NCBI GenBank assembly: GCA_026416715.1
Contig: JAOAEQ010000011.1
Span: forward strand, 12,580 to 76,579
DNA: 64,000 nt
Direction: 5' to 3'
Source: a bacterium
GTDB lineage: Bacteria; UBP4; UBA4092; JAOAEQ01
The position numbers and the translations under genes are program-made. Below are positions 29,722 through 40,314 of the stretch, piece after piece (the first letter of the stretch is position 1; every line of letters begins with the position of its first letter). The notes beneath the pieces are model-generated. The model was not told the DNA's origin. It saw nothing but the letters and a program-made list of their open reading frames with translations, and did no database searches.

Positions 29722-30489
29722 ATGTTGAGAAAAGTCGGGTTACCTATCATCTTATCGATAGTATTTGCGAGTTTTGTTTTTGCCCAGCGTATTGAGTTCG
29801 AAGGCAGATATTGGATGCCAGAACTAAGCGGAAAAGCGCAGGTTACTGAATCTGGGCTCGTTGGAACAGAAATAGATTTGGTTTCAGACCTTGGTTTTGA
29901 AGACCAGGATTTTCCGGAAGCTAGAATAACGTGGTCACCGGGTCCACGACAGAAAATTCGGATTGCCTTAACCCAATTTGATTATGATGGCGATAAGGTT
30001 ATCACGAGAAACATCAATTTTAATGGCGAAACGTATCCTGCTGGAACTCGAGTACTATCTGATGTAGAACTACAATATGCGCGATTCGGCTGGATATGGA
30101 ATTTCATGCCGCCAGAAGAAGTTTTTAAGCTCGGATTGATGTTTGAAGTGAAAGGATTTTGGATCGATGCTGCGCTCGATGCGCCGTATACTGTTCCAGC
30201 AATCTCAGAAAGGGAAGAGGTGGTGGTTGGTCTACCGACAATTGGTATGACCGCAGAATTAGCGCCGATTCCAATGTTCAGATTGTTCGGGGAGGTTTCC
30301 GGGATTCCGAAAAATGATTACGGCTATTGTTTAGATGCAGAAGGCGGAATTAAAGTTTCACCTCTCCCAAATGTTAGTATTCTTGGTGGGTATCGCGTGC
30401 TTGATGTTAAAGGTGAGGACGATGAGAATGATGATTTTGCACGAGTGAAATTAGACGGTGTATTTTTCGCCGGCTCAGTGAGATTTTAA
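29722..30489 (+). CDS. Outer membrane beta-barrel protein
   Basis: Signal peptide, amphipathic beta strands, C-terminal ...FAGSVRF. Confidence 0.75.
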   Translation: MLRKVGLPIILSIVFASFVFAQRIEFEGRYWMPELSGKAQVTESGLVGTEIDLVSDLGFEDQDFPEARITWSPGPRQKIRIALTQFDYDGDKVITRNINFNGETYPAGTRVLSDVELQYARFGWIWNFMPPEEVFKLGLMFEVKGFWIDAALDAPYTVPAISEREEVVVGLPTIGMTAELAPIPMFRLFGEVSGIPKNDYGYCLDAEGGIKVSPLPNVSILGGYRVLDVKGEDDENDDFARVKLDGVFFAGSVRF

Positions 30490-30528
30490 CCCGCATGCGA
30501 AACCAATGAGACTCGTTCGATGTTTTAA

Positions 30529-30569
30529 GCCACAGAAACAAGTAGAGATAAAATTTGGGTTTCTGTGGC
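30529..30569. terminator. Hairpin between convergent genes
   Basis: GCCACAGAAAC/GTTTCTGTGGC 11-bp stem. Confidence 0.55.
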
Positions 30570-30575
30570 ATTCTT

Positions 30576-31184
30576 TTAGGGTGAAACTATCCGCACCTTT
30601 CTTCCATCGACTCGGATACGGTTCTCGCTATACCATTGGATGACTTGCGGGTATAACCGATGTTCAATAGCGTGGATTTTTAATTCCAGCGTTTCGAGAG
30701 TATCGTTATCGTCGATTCGCACCACTTCTTGAGCAATAATTGGTCCGGTATCGACGCCTTCATCAACAAAATGTACCGTAACCCCGGTATATTTAACTCC
30801 GTAATCAAAAGCATCTTTGATTCCGTGAGTTCCTGGAAATGAGGGAAGAAGTGCCGGATGAATATTGATAATTCGTAACGGATATCGACCAATGATGTAT
30901 GGAGATAGAATCCGCATATACCCTGCTAAAACAATCAATTCAACACCGAGCGGGTCAAGATGTTCAATGATTTTCTTTTCATGTTCTTCCCGAGACGGAA
31001 ACTCTTTTGCAGAAAGATACAGCGTTGGAATCGAATGTTTTTTTGCCCGTTCTAAAGCAAATGCTTCTTTTTTATCGCTAAACACAATCGCAATTCGGGC
31101 ATCGAGTTGTTTCGATTCAATTGCGTCAATAATCGCTTGAAGATTACTGCCATATCCGGAAGCGAATACCGCTATCGTAACCAT
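30576..31184 (-). CDS. purN: Phosphoribosylglycinamide formyltransferase; start moved to ATG 31184
   Basis: SGYGSNLQA, NIHPALLP, HFVDEGVDTGPI; AGGAGG RBS. Confidence 0.96.
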   Translation of the reverse strand: MVTIAVFASGYGSNLQAIIDAIESKQLDARIAIVFSDKKEAFALERAKKHSIPTLYLSAKEFPSREEHEKKIIEHLDPLGVELIVLAGYMRILSPYIIGRYPLRIINIHPALLPSFPGTHGIKDAFDYGVKYTGVTVHFVDEGVDTGPIIAQEVVRIDDNDTLETLELKIHAIEHRLYPQVIQWYSENRIRVDGRKVRIVSP

Positions 31185-31325
31185 AGAGAACCTCCTATCA
31201 ATAAACATTGCTGAATGTCAAAATCCAAATGGTAAATCAATGGCAAAATGCTTTATTAACGATAGTATTTGAATCTTGACATTAGTTACCACTTTGCGAT
31301 TTTGCGATTAGACCTTGAGCATAAA

Positions 31326-32066
31326 TTAATATATAACTTTCATTAAAAACAATCCTTGCGCCGGAACCGTCATTCCAGCTCGTTTTCGCTGTTTACTTTG
31401 TATAATTGCTCGTACATCTTCTGGTTCGAGTTTTCCACGACCAACCTGCAAAAGTGTTCCAACCATAATCCGTACCATATTATGTACAAATGCGTTTCCT
31501 TGAATGGTAATGTAAATCCAATCATGCTCGCGTTTAATGGTTAGTTTTTTTATTGTACGAAAAGAATGTTTCATTATGCTTGGACTAGCATTAAACGCAG
31601 TGAAATCATGCGTTCCAATAAAATATTTTGCTGCTTGTCGCATCCGGTGGATATTGATTTTATACGGATAATGGTATACAAAATTATGGTTGAATACATC
31701 CGGGATCTGCCGGTTTAATATTCGATATTGATATATGCGCCATTTAGCATCACGTCTAGCATTGAATGAATGCGGGACTTCTACCGCATCTTTAACAGCG
31801 ATATCGTTCGGTAACAGCGTATTCATCGCGCGAATAAGATTTTGCGTCGGAATACGACTATGGGTTTTGAAATTAGCGATTTGGTTCAGCGCATGGACTC
31901 CAGCGTCGGTTCGTCCAGCGACGATAAGTTTTACCGGATGGTTAAGTATTTGCTGCAAGGTTTTTTCCAGTACTTTTTGGATGCTCATTTGCTGCGGTTG
32001 AATCTGCCAACCGCAATAGTTCGTCCCATCGTATTCAATGGTTAACTTAATATTTCGGGTATCCAT
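31326..32066 (-). CDS. truA: tRNA pseudouridine(38-40) synthase
   Basis: YDGTNYCGWQ, GRTDAGVHA and MVRIMVG motifs. Confidence 0.96.
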   Translation of the reverse strand: MDTRNIKLTIEYDGTNYCGWQIQPQQMSIQKVLEKTLQQILNHPVKLIVAGRTDAGVHALNQIANFKTHSRIPTQNLIRAMNTLLPNDIAVKDAVEVPHSFNARRDAKWRIYQYRILNRQIPDVFNHNFVYHYPYKINIHRMRQAAKYFIGTHDFTAFNASPSIMKHSFRTIKKLTIKREHDWIYITIQGNAFVHNMVRIMVGTLLQVGRGKLEPEDVRAIIQSKQRKRAGMTVPAQGLFLMKVIY

Positions 32067-32069
32067 TTT

Positions 32070-33029
32070 TTATTTATTGGATTGTAAAGACGTATCAATT
32101 GAATTCGGCAATACCGGCAACCGTTGGGTAACATTTGGTGGAGTTGGTGGTAGAATATTTTTAATGCGCGGTTTGGTGATATAGGTGAATCCAATCACAA
32201 TCAAAAGGAATAATCCGATAAAAATAAATGTTGTCCGAATATCGTTCGGTTTAAATTCCAATAACTTCCAATTTACCCACAGAAATGCTGCTGCCATAAA
32301 CGGTATAACCGGGATACCTTTACCACTTAAAATTGAGAGTAGAATCGCTATAACAAACGAAAGTATCAATCCCCAACCGGTTGCGCGAACCCGTAAATTA
32401 AATCGCGGAATTAACGTTAAAAATAGTGATAGAAACGCGAAATCGCCTAAGCCAAGCATAGGGGTGAGAAATTCACTGCCGAACGTAGGATAGTGGATGA
32501 TAAATCGATGGTAATACAGTGGTGTTTCGATAATTCTTGCGGTAGGTCCAGCAAATACACTCCATACATCTGCAACGGCAGCAACTAATGCTAATGGGAC
32601 AATATAACTTCGTTCAGCAACAAATAATCCAATCAATTTTCCAAGATTACACGCGATTCCAAGAATCGCTAGATTGACAATAAAACTCGTGGTTACCGTA
32701 GCTGGTTCAATTTGATTAACATAATGATTGATAACAGTACAGACCAAGGTCAATCCGAATAAACTTGCAATAGATAGAGAATATCGAACATATACATCTA
32801 TTAAATACAGCGTCGAAGCAATTAGAATCATTGCTGAAAGAAACGTTAGATAATCTTCAGCCCAAAAGAATAAAACTGTTTCTTCTGGGTTAGGAATAAG
32901 TCGCGAACAGTACACCATTGCCCAAAACAATGCACTCCAAACCCCGATGGCTAATAATAATTGCCAATAACCTGTTGCTTTTCGTGGTAGATCGTTCGTA
33001 AATATCATGGTAAATTTCCGTGATCTCAA
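32070..33029 (-). CDS. Multi-TM protein, putative GxGD intramembrane aspartyl protease (presenilin/SPP-like)
   Basis: VADVWSVF, LGLGDF and PVIPF motifs in a protein of about 9 TM helices. Confidence 0.6.
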   Translation of the reverse strand: MRSRKFTMIFTNDLPRKATGYWQLLLAIGVWSALFWAMVYCSRLIPNPEETVLFFWAEDYLTFLSAMILIASTLYLIDVYVRYSLSIASLFGLTLVCTVINHYVNQIEPATVTTSFIVNLAILGIACNLGKLIGLFVAERSYIVPLALVAAVADVWSVFAGPTARIIETPLYYHRFIIHYPTFGSEFLTPMLGLGDFAFLSLFLTLIPRFNLRVRATGWGLILSFVIAILLSILSGKGIPVIPFMAAAFLWVNWKLLEFKPNDIRTTFIFIGLFLLIVIGFTYITKPRIKNILPPTPPNVTQRLPVLPNSIDTSLQSNK

Positions 33030-33053
33030 TTATGAGGTTTCAATTAACCAATG

Positions 33054-34655
33054 TTATCGCATCAAATGATTGATCCAGATGTTTTTCAATGATTGCGATT
33101 GAATACCGCGCTGAGTCACCTGTTGCAGATACGGTTGTCGGATATAATATGGTCTTGTCTCAAATAGCGGAATGACCGGCAGTTCTTGTTGAACTAGGTT
33201 AAGTGCTTGTTGTAAAAATTTATCCCGTTCTGATTCAGTTTGTGACATTCGTGTAGAATCGAGTATCGGTTCGAGTTGCGGATGGTAAAAATAGGTTTGG
33301 TTTCCTTCCACCCCGCAATTCTTCTGCAGGTATAACGAGCGTAATATTATTTCTGGATCCCAACTCTCAGCGAAATATTGCGAATAGAACATATCGAAAT
33401 TACCGGTTTTAATCCGTTGGATAAAATCTACTGTCGGGAGTTCTTCAATTTGAATCGGATACCCTGCTTCGATGAACCCTACTTGGATCCGTTGTGCGAT
33501 ATATTTTGCTTCCCAATCTGAACGATTAACTAGCAACGATAATTTACGCTTTGCGAATTGGCGAAACAGTTCTTGAGCGGTAGTCAATGAGTAAAAATAT
33601 GCTTGTTCTTCACTGGTTAACCTATGAATAGCTGAAGAAGATAATATTCCGTGATTGTTTAAAACAAATTCAAGAATACCTTGTCGATTCAACGTAAATG
33701 CTACCGCTTGCCGAAACTTAATATCGGACATCGGGAATTTAGTTAAATTGAAACCCAGATAAGCTAGGTTCGGAATATTAGTTTGGACTAAATACGGTTT
33801 TAACGCTGGATTTTCAGTCACCCTATGGAATTCTTCTTCAGGAACATACACAAAATCAAGATTACCTAACTCAAACTCGAGCAAATCAGCAGTCGGCATT
33901 TCACTTAGGATAAAGTTAATTCCATCGAGATAAGGTCTTCCTTCCCAGTATACTGGATTGGCAAGCAATCGCACTGCATGTAGAGTCTGTTCTAAAAAGA
34001 TAAAAGGACCGCTCCCTATCGGTTGAATATCAATATCTGCTATCTTTTCAGGACAAACAATACTCGCCGCCGGATGGGCTAATGCATACAACAATTTTGG
34101 ATACGGTCGCAGGAGTCGAAATCGAACCGTTGTTTGGTTAACAGATTCAATTCCGGTAATCTGATTATTTTGCCCTGTATTATATTCCCGATACCCGCTA
34201 AGCGAAGAAAAAAGCCAACTTTTAGGCGAGCGCAATGATGGTGAAACCAATCGTTCGATAGAGTATTTAACATCATCTGCGGTAACCATTCTACCGGTAT
34301 GGAATTTTGCTGTAGTGCGTAGGTGAAATGTCCAGGTTAATCCGTCAGGAGAAGTTGACCAAGATTCAGCTAATGATGGTATCGGTTTATTTTCGCTGTC
34401 GAACTCAACTAATCGGTCGTATAGATTGAGAATAACCGTTCGTTCTGCTGGGGTAATAGCTATGGCAGGATCGTAGGTTGTTGGTAGTACAGGGATAGGT
34501 ATCCGCAACGTACCACCATACTGTGGCAGAATTACGCTAAACCCAAGCTGTGCAAATAAAAAAGTTATTAAGATACCACAAGCAGTTCGGGAGAAACGAT
34601 GAACGATGGTATATGGTACATGTAAAATGTAAAATGATAAAGGTATAAAAACCAT
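33054..34655 (-). CDS. ABC transporter substrate-binding protein, family 5 (OppA/DppA-like)
   Basis: LAESW...DGLTWTFHLR...FHTG...TADDVKYS, PIGSGPF. Confidence 0.92.
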   Translation of the reverse strand: MVFIPLSFYILHVPYTIVHRFSRTACGILITFLFAQLGFSVILPQYGGTLRIPIPVLPTTYDPAIAITPAERTVILNLYDRLVEFDSENKPIPSLAESWSTSPDGLTWTFHLRTTAKFHTGRMVTADDVKYSIERLVSPSLRSPKSWLFSSLSGYREYNTGQNNQITGIESVNQTTVRFRLLRPYPKLLYALAHPAASIVCPEKIADIDIQPIGSGPFIFLEQTLHAVRLLANPVYWEGRPYLDGINFILSEMPTADLLEFELGNLDFVYVPEEEFHRVTENPALKPYLVQTNIPNLAYLGFNLTKFPMSDIKFRQAVAFTLNRQGILEFVLNNHGILSSSAIHRLTSEEQAYFYSLTTAQELFRQFAKRKLSLLVNRSDWEAKYIAQRIQVGFIEAGYPIQIEELPTVDFIQRIKTGNFDMFYSQYFAESWDPEIILRSLYLQKNCGVEGNQTYFYHPQLEPILDSTRMSQTESERDKFLQQALNLVQQELPVIPLFETRPYYIRQPYLQQVTQRGIQSQSLKNIWINHLMR

Positions 34656-34668
34656 AAGTGCCTTAAAT

Positions 34669-36426
34669 TCAGAGCGTATTTTTTTTCTTCTTATTTGATT
34701 TCGATGAACGATATTCTTCTAATAAAGACTCCGCATGGTGTATTGCGGTCGGAGTAATTGATTCTCCGCTAAGCATTCGAGCGAGTTCGTTGGTTCGCGC
34801 TTGACTATCAAGATGATGGATAGTCGTAAACGTTTTGGTTTTGAGTTGTGTTTTTGTCACCCGATAATGGTTATGTGCCGCGGCAGCAATCTGGGGGAGA
34901 TGAGTTATCACAATTACTTGACGGCTCTCGCTCAGCTGTCGGAGTTTTTTCCCAACAACTTGTGCCATAGCACCACCAATTCCGACATCAATTTCATCGA
35001 AGACCAATGTCGGGATATCATCTATTTTCGCTAGGATAGTTTTTATCGCTAACATTACCCGAGATAATTCACCACCAGATACGATTTTAGCTAGCGGTTT
35101 TAATTCTTCGCCCGGATTAGCGGAAAATAAAAATTCAATTTGGTCAATTCCAGTAGCCATAACCGCAATTTTTTCGCCCTGATATTCTAAAATACCGTTC
35201 GGATTGGTTTTTTGGTTGACATCAACCTGAAACCGGGTTTTGGTCATTCCTAGTTCATTTAATTCAGAGGCTATCAACTGCGCAAGTTTTTTCCCAGCTT
35301 GGTTTCGTTTGGCGGATAACTGCCATGCGAGATCTGATAAGGTTTTTTTAGTTATATCTAATTGCTTTCGTAACGCAGCTATTCGTTCTTCTTGATGGGT
35401 TAAATTATATAAATTTTCTTCCCAATTTTTTTTCAATACCATGAGTGCTGAGATAGACTCGCAGGCATATTTTCGTTTCAATTTTTGAATTAACGCCAAT
35501 CGTTCTTCAACCCATTCGAGTCGATTCGGGTCTATCACAATATTATCGCGATATGTTCGAAGAGCACGATATAGTTCATCTAAACCAGATTTAATCTGTT
35601 CTATGTCTGCAATGAGAGACTGTTGCGTTGGATCAAGCTGGGCAAGCTCTTCGATAGCTAATCGCACCCGATTGATTCCGGACAATAACCCGCCGAAACT
35701 TTGGTATTCACTACCGTAGAGTTCATCTACTGCTTTTGCAGCTAGTAGTTGCCGCTTTTCCGCTTGACTAAGTAACTGTCGTTCTGCAGATAACTCTGGT
35801 TCTTCGTTTTCCTGTAATTCCGCATTTTGTACCTCAGCAATTTGATATTGTAAAGTTTCCTGCTGCCGAATCATATCTGCCTGCGTTTGCATCAGCGCCA
35901 GCAGTTCTTGTTCTAAAGAACGATACCGCACTAACGTGTTTTCGAACTCGTTCCGTAGAGATAGTAAACCTGCAAAATTATCAAGCAAATCCAACTGTTT
36001 ACTCGGGTGCAATAGTGATTGATGTTGATGCTGACCATGGATATCAACTAACTCAGCCCCGATTTTTTGCAGGAGATTTATCGTCACAATGTTGTTGTTC
36101 ACCCATGCCCGAGTTCGACCGGTTCGCGCTACTTCCCGACGCACTAAAAGTTCAGATTCACCATCTGCTGCTAGCCCTGCGGTAGCGAGTAATTGCTGCA
36201 GGTGCTGATTCGCACCGATATCAAATACCGCTTCGACTACCGAAGTTTCCGCATCAGTGCGGATATTACTTAAATCCGTTCGTTCACCAAGAACTTGAGC
36301 AAGCGCATCGATTAGAATAGATTTACCGGTTCCCGTTTCCCCGGTTAAAACGTTTAATCCTGGTGCGAATGATAATTCAAGGTTATCAATTAATGCGAAA
36401 TTAGTTATCTTAAGTATCTGCAACAT
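34669..36426 (-). CDS. recN: DNA repair protein RecN
   Basis: TGETGTGKS, IHGQH, SGGELSRVML, FDEID, ITHLPQIA. Confidence 0.97.
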   Translation of the reverse strand: MLQILKITNFALIDNLELSFAPGLNVLTGETGTGKSILIDALAQVLGERTDLSNIRTDAETSVVEAVFDIGANQHLQQLLATAGLAADGESELLVRREVARTGRTRAWVNNNIVTINLLQKIGAELVDIHGQHQHQSLLHPSKQLDLLDNFAGLLSLRNEFENTLVRYRSLEQELLALMQTQADMIRQQETLQYQIAEVQNAELQENEEPELSAERQLLSQAEKRQLLAAKAVDELYGSEYQSFGGLLSGINRVRLAIEELAQLDPTQQSLIADIEQIKSGLDELYRALRTYRDNIVIDPNRLEWVEERLALIQKLKRKYACESISALMVLKKNWEENLYNLTHQEERIAALRKQLDITKKTLSDLAWQLSAKRNQAGKKLAQLIASELNELGMTKTRFQVDVNQKTNPNGILEYQGEKIAVMATGIDQIEFLFSANPGEELKPLAKIVSGGELSRVMLAIKTILAKIDDIPTLVFDEIDVGIGGAMAQVVGKKLRQLSESRQVIVITHLPQIAAAAHNHYRVTKTQLKTKTFTTIHHLDSQARTNELARMLSGESITPTAIHHAESLLEEYRSSKSNKKKKNTL

Positions 36427-36478
36427 GAGTAAAATGTAAAAGGAACGTTATTGCTGATATTCCCATTCATTTATTCAT

Positions 36479-37009
36479 TTAGAGGTCACGAAATCCGAGC
36501 TTATCAGCGCCAGCTAGATTTACAAAGATGTTATACACTTTCGGACAGAGTTTCATTGTTTTTTGCACGATGAAATCAGTATCGAGTGGTTTTGCCAATA
36601 GATGTTCTGCCGGTAACGAATAATGGAGAAAAACCAAAACTACACTCGCAATAATGATTCCTTTCATTGTGCCGAAAATAGTGCCAATAATTTTGCTCGG
36701 CATCGTATATAATTCAACCCGACGAATTTTCCCCTGAAGATAGAGTGTAGTGGTACTAAATAACCCGCGCACGATAATAAAAATCAGACCGAACGCAATA
36801 CCTTCAGGTAATGAGGTGGTTGCCGTCCAGTATTCTCTGAAAATATCCGCAAGCCATTCGTAATTAGTTAAAGCCGCGAACGCTGAAATAATCGATGCCA
36901 TGAAATTGAATGATTCGAGTAACGCGCCATTTAAGTGCCCGCGATGCCCGAGAATAAAAATTAAAATAATAATATCGAGGATATAAATAAACCGAATGAC
37001 CAATTCCAT
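36479..37009 (-). CDS. cvpA: CvpA family membrane protein
   Basis: LDIII...G...G N-terminus, four TM helices, KIIGTIFGTMKG. Confidence 0.75.
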   Translation of the reverse strand: MELVIRFIYILDIIILIFILGHRGHLNGALLESFNFMASIISAFAALTNYEWLADIFREYWTATTSLPEGIAFGLIFIIVRGLFSTTTLYLQGKIRRVELYTMPSKIIGTIFGTMKGIIIASVVLVFLHYSLPAEHLLAKPLDTDFIVQKTMKLCPKVYNIFVNLAGADKLGFRDL

Positions 37010-37123
37010 AATAAATAGTGAAATTGTATCTTTTGTAACGCATTGAACGTCCTCAACGGCATTCGAATAACCGTTTACCGTTAAAGATTCCGTTCGTTCC
37101 CCTATCAGGGTTATGCGTGCATG

Positions 37124-38665
37124 TTATGTGGATATCGCTTGAGCGACTTCTTCTAACGTGGTTGTGCCACGCTTTGCTTTAATGATTCCATCTTCAGCCA
37201 AAGTTTGCATCCCATTTTTTATTGCCGTCGAACGAATAATCACTGCGGATTCTTTTCGGTCAATCATTTCTCGGATCATATCATCAATAATCAGCAATTC
37301 AAATATCCCGGTTCGTCCACTATATCCGGTATATTTGCAGAGTTCGCATCCTTTTCCAGAGAATAATGGTGTATTGAGTGGGAGATTGAATTCTTCCAGT
37401 AGTTCTTTTTTCGGGGTATGCGGTTCTTTACAATGTTGACAGATACACCGCACCAGACGTTGCGCCATCACGGCGAGCAACGACCCTGAAATAAGATACG
37501 GTTCGACCCCGATATCCATCAATCGGATAATTGTGCCGACCGCATCGTTGGTATGTAACGTTGAAAAAATCAAATGACCGGTTAACGCTGCTTGAATTGC
37601 AATTTGTGCGGTTTCCGCGTCGCGAATTTCACCGACCATAATCACATCCGGATCCTGGCGGAGAATAGAACGGATTCCACTCGCAAAAGTGATATCCGCT
37701 TTCGGATTAATTGGAATTTGGTTGATACCATCGAGTTGATATTCGACCGGTTCTTCGATGGTAATAATGTTTTTCGATTTCACATCGAGTGCGGATAATG
37801 CAGAATATAGCGTCGAAGTTTTTCCACAACCGGTTGGTCCAGTAACTAGAATCATTCCTTGCGGTCGTTCGATAAGACGTCGGAATTTGGTTAATACTTC
37901 CGGTTGAATTCCTAACGAATCCAGTGCTAGTAAATATCCTTTTCGGTCTAACAGGCGTAACGCTAGTTTTTCACCATAAATAGTAGGAGACGTGCTGACG
38001 CGGATATCAATTCTCGTATCATTGAATTCGACTTGGAACCGACCATCGAGTGGTTTCCGCCGTTCAGCAATATCCAAATCTGCCATAACTTTTATACACG
38101 GAATTATCCCAGATTGCAATTCTTTAGGCGGACCGACAATTTCGTGTAGTACACCATCTATCCGGTAGCGTACCCGCAACGATTCTGCTTCCGGTTCGAG
38201 ATGGATATCGGTTGCTCGGTCGAGAATCGCATTCGCGATGAGCATTTTCGCTGCACGAATTGACGACCATTGATCTTCAATGCCGGGGATATCCGCTTGA
38301 GTCATCATTTCTTTTCCGATAATCCGGAGACTACGTTCATCAAATTTTCGTAAGGAGTCAACGAAGATATTGCTCACTACCGCTGCAGATAATGGATGAT
38401 GACATTTCGGACAGACAGCGAGTTTTGTTTTAGTTCGCGGAAGTTTGTATCCACAGGTCGGACACCGATTTTTCGATTCTACTTTCGAGAGAAGATACAT
38501 CACATAACCGACCGGACCGGTGAAGAGCGTGATGGTATTCCAAAAATGCGGTTTCTGTTTTCGTTCGAGTTGGTCAGCGTTAACCCAGCAAACGAACCAC
38601 ACCCAACCAATGGTTACCGTGGCGAGTATTCCGAGAACAATATTGATAAAAATAATTTCGTCCAT
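37124..38665 (-). CDS. GspE/PilB-family secretion ATPase with N-terminal TM pair and zinc ribbon
   Basis: ATDIHLEP, Walker A GPTGCGKT, LRQDPDVIMVGEIRD, STLHTN, tetracysteine motif. Confidence 0.93.
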   Translation of the reverse strand: MDEIIFINIVLGILATVTIGWVWFVCWVNADQLERKQKPHFWNTITLFTGPVGYVMYLLSKVESKNRCPTCGYKLPRTKTKLAVCPKCHHPLSAAVVSNIFVDSLRKFDERSLRIIGKEMMTQADIPGIEDQWSSIRAAKMLIANAILDRATDIHLEPEAESLRVRYRIDGVLHEIVGPPKELQSGIIPCIKVMADLDIAERRKPLDGRFQVEFNDTRIDIRVSTSPTIYGEKLALRLLDRKGYLLALDSLGIQPEVLTKFRRLIERPQGMILVTGPTGCGKTSTLYSALSALDVKSKNIITIEEPVEYQLDGINQIPINPKADITFASGIRSILRQDPDVIMVGEIRDAETAQIAIQAALTGHLIFSTLHTNDAVGTIIRLMDIGVEPYLISGSLLAVMAQRLVRCICQHCKEPHTPKKELLEEFNLPLNTPLFSGKGCELCKYTGYSGRTGIFELLIIDDMIREMIDRKESAVIIRSTAIKNGMQTLAEDGIIKAKRGTTTLEEVAQAIST

Positions 38666-39208
38666 AATAGTTAATCAATTCTGATTATACCGAAAAATGT
38701 TGGTTTTCGTCTAATAATTTTCCCACTTTTATTTTCAGCTAAATTGTCTGAATGGGTAAAAAAACGGTTTGATTCCTATATCGCTCGTGTCTAGTTCATC
38801 ATTCAACCACGAACAAAGACCAATTAGCCATAATTGAGACCATACAGTTCATTTAGTTATTTTTCTACGCTAATCATACACTCAATAATTAAGGATACAT
38901 ACCCGAATTGAACCGAACAATTCCGTATCTACTCCACTGTTTCCCTGAAACATCAGTGTCATAAAAGACAACTCATACAAAATAGGGTTTTAACCCTAAA
39001 TCGCTTGATTCCGCAAGGTTGGACATAAGAATCGAATATCGCCTATGGCAAAATTTGGGTTAAATTGAGGGTAGGCTAAAAATTGTGTAGAATAAATAAA
39101 AAACAGTTTAATTTTATGAAATGTTATGGTAAAATTATGTATATATACAGTTAAGCTTATGAATGAAACCAATCGAACCTCCGTCAAATTCGGAGGTTCA
39201 TTTTTGAG

Positions 39209-40162
39209 GTGAAATGTATGTTGATGATTAGAACGGAAAATTTATCGAAAGTATATCTGGTGAAAAAGTTTGCGCTTGCGATTAAACCGAAAAAGACAGT
39301 GGCATTAAATCGGTTGAATTTAGAAGTTCAATCCGGTGAAATTTTTGGTTTCCTTGGTCCGAATGGTGCAGGGAAAACCACTACGATTAAGCTTATCCTT
39401 GGTCTTTTGTTTCCGACTGAAGGGCAAACCTGGTTATTTGAGCAGCCAGCAACGAGAGTTGATGTGAAACGAGAAATCGGGTTTTTGCCGGAGAACCCCT
39501 ATTTTTATGATTATCTTAAAGGGGAAGAAATCCTGCATTTTATGGGTCAGTTGTATGGAATTAATAAATCTGACCGTGTGCGGAAAGTAGATGAATTACT
39601 CAAAAAAGTCGGGTTAGAAGAAGCTCGGTCGATGCCATTACGCAAATATTCCAAAGGGATGCTCCAGCGGATAGGACTGGCACAAGCACTGTTAAATGAT
39701 CCGAAACTAGTCATTCTTGATGAACCGTTAACCGGTCTCGACCCGATCGGCAGAAAAGAAATCCGCGATTTAATACTTCAACTGCGGGATGAAGGGAAAA
39801 CTGTTTTCTTTAGTACCCATATCTTATCAGATGCAGAAATGATTTGCGACCGGGTAGGGATGCTTATGAAAGGGAATTTGACGAAGGTTGGAAAACTCTC
39901 AGAGTTGCTGAATCCGCAGGTTAAATCAATTGAAATAGTTATTGCTGGTCTTTCAGCGGAGGGAAAACAGCAGGTACAGAAATTTGCGAACCGAATGAAA
40001 GATTTAGGGAATGAATTGGTAGCGAATTTAGCAGATGAAAAATCAGTTCCAGCACTACTCGAATTAATTAAACAAGAACAAGCGAAACTGGTTTCACTAA
40101 TTCCGCAGAAAGAATCGCTCGAAGAAGTATTTATGCGTGAAGTAAAAGAAAGCCAAGAATAA
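39209..40162 (+). CDS. ABC transporter ATP-binding protein (PilH-like)
   Basis: GPNGAGKTT, YSKGMLQR, ILDEP; GFLPENPYFYDYL. Confidence 0.9.
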   Translation: MKCMLMIRTENLSKVYLVKKFALAIKPKKTVALNRLNLEVQSGEIFGFLGPNGAGKTTTIKLILGLLFPTEGQTWLFEQPATRVDVKREIGFLPENPYFYDYLKGEEILHFMGQLYGINKSDRVRKVDELLKKVGLEEARSMPLRKYSKGMLQRIGLAQALLNDPKLVILDEPLTGLDPIGRKEIRDLILQLRDEGKTVFFSTHILSDAEMICDRVGMLMKGNLTKVGKLSELLNPQVKSIEIVIAGLSAEGKQQVQKFANRMKDLGNELVANLADEKSVPALLELIKQEQAKLVSLIPQKESLEEVFMREVKESQE

Positions 40163-40314
40163 CCGGCATATCCAACATACAAAAATAAATGTTAAAGAAA
40201 AAACTTTAAATGCCAAAATAAAATCAAAAACCATGAAAACGCGAAAATTGACCATTATGGAATAAAGTTGGTAATAGGGTATTTCGATTTTCGTGATTTC
40301 GTGGAAGGTGAACT

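Noticed and set aside
38666..39208. Missing pilin gene or sigma54 promoter in the divergent spacer
   Set aside because: No G/FTLIE prepilin ORF seen; TGGCA near 39046 lacks the -12 TTGC
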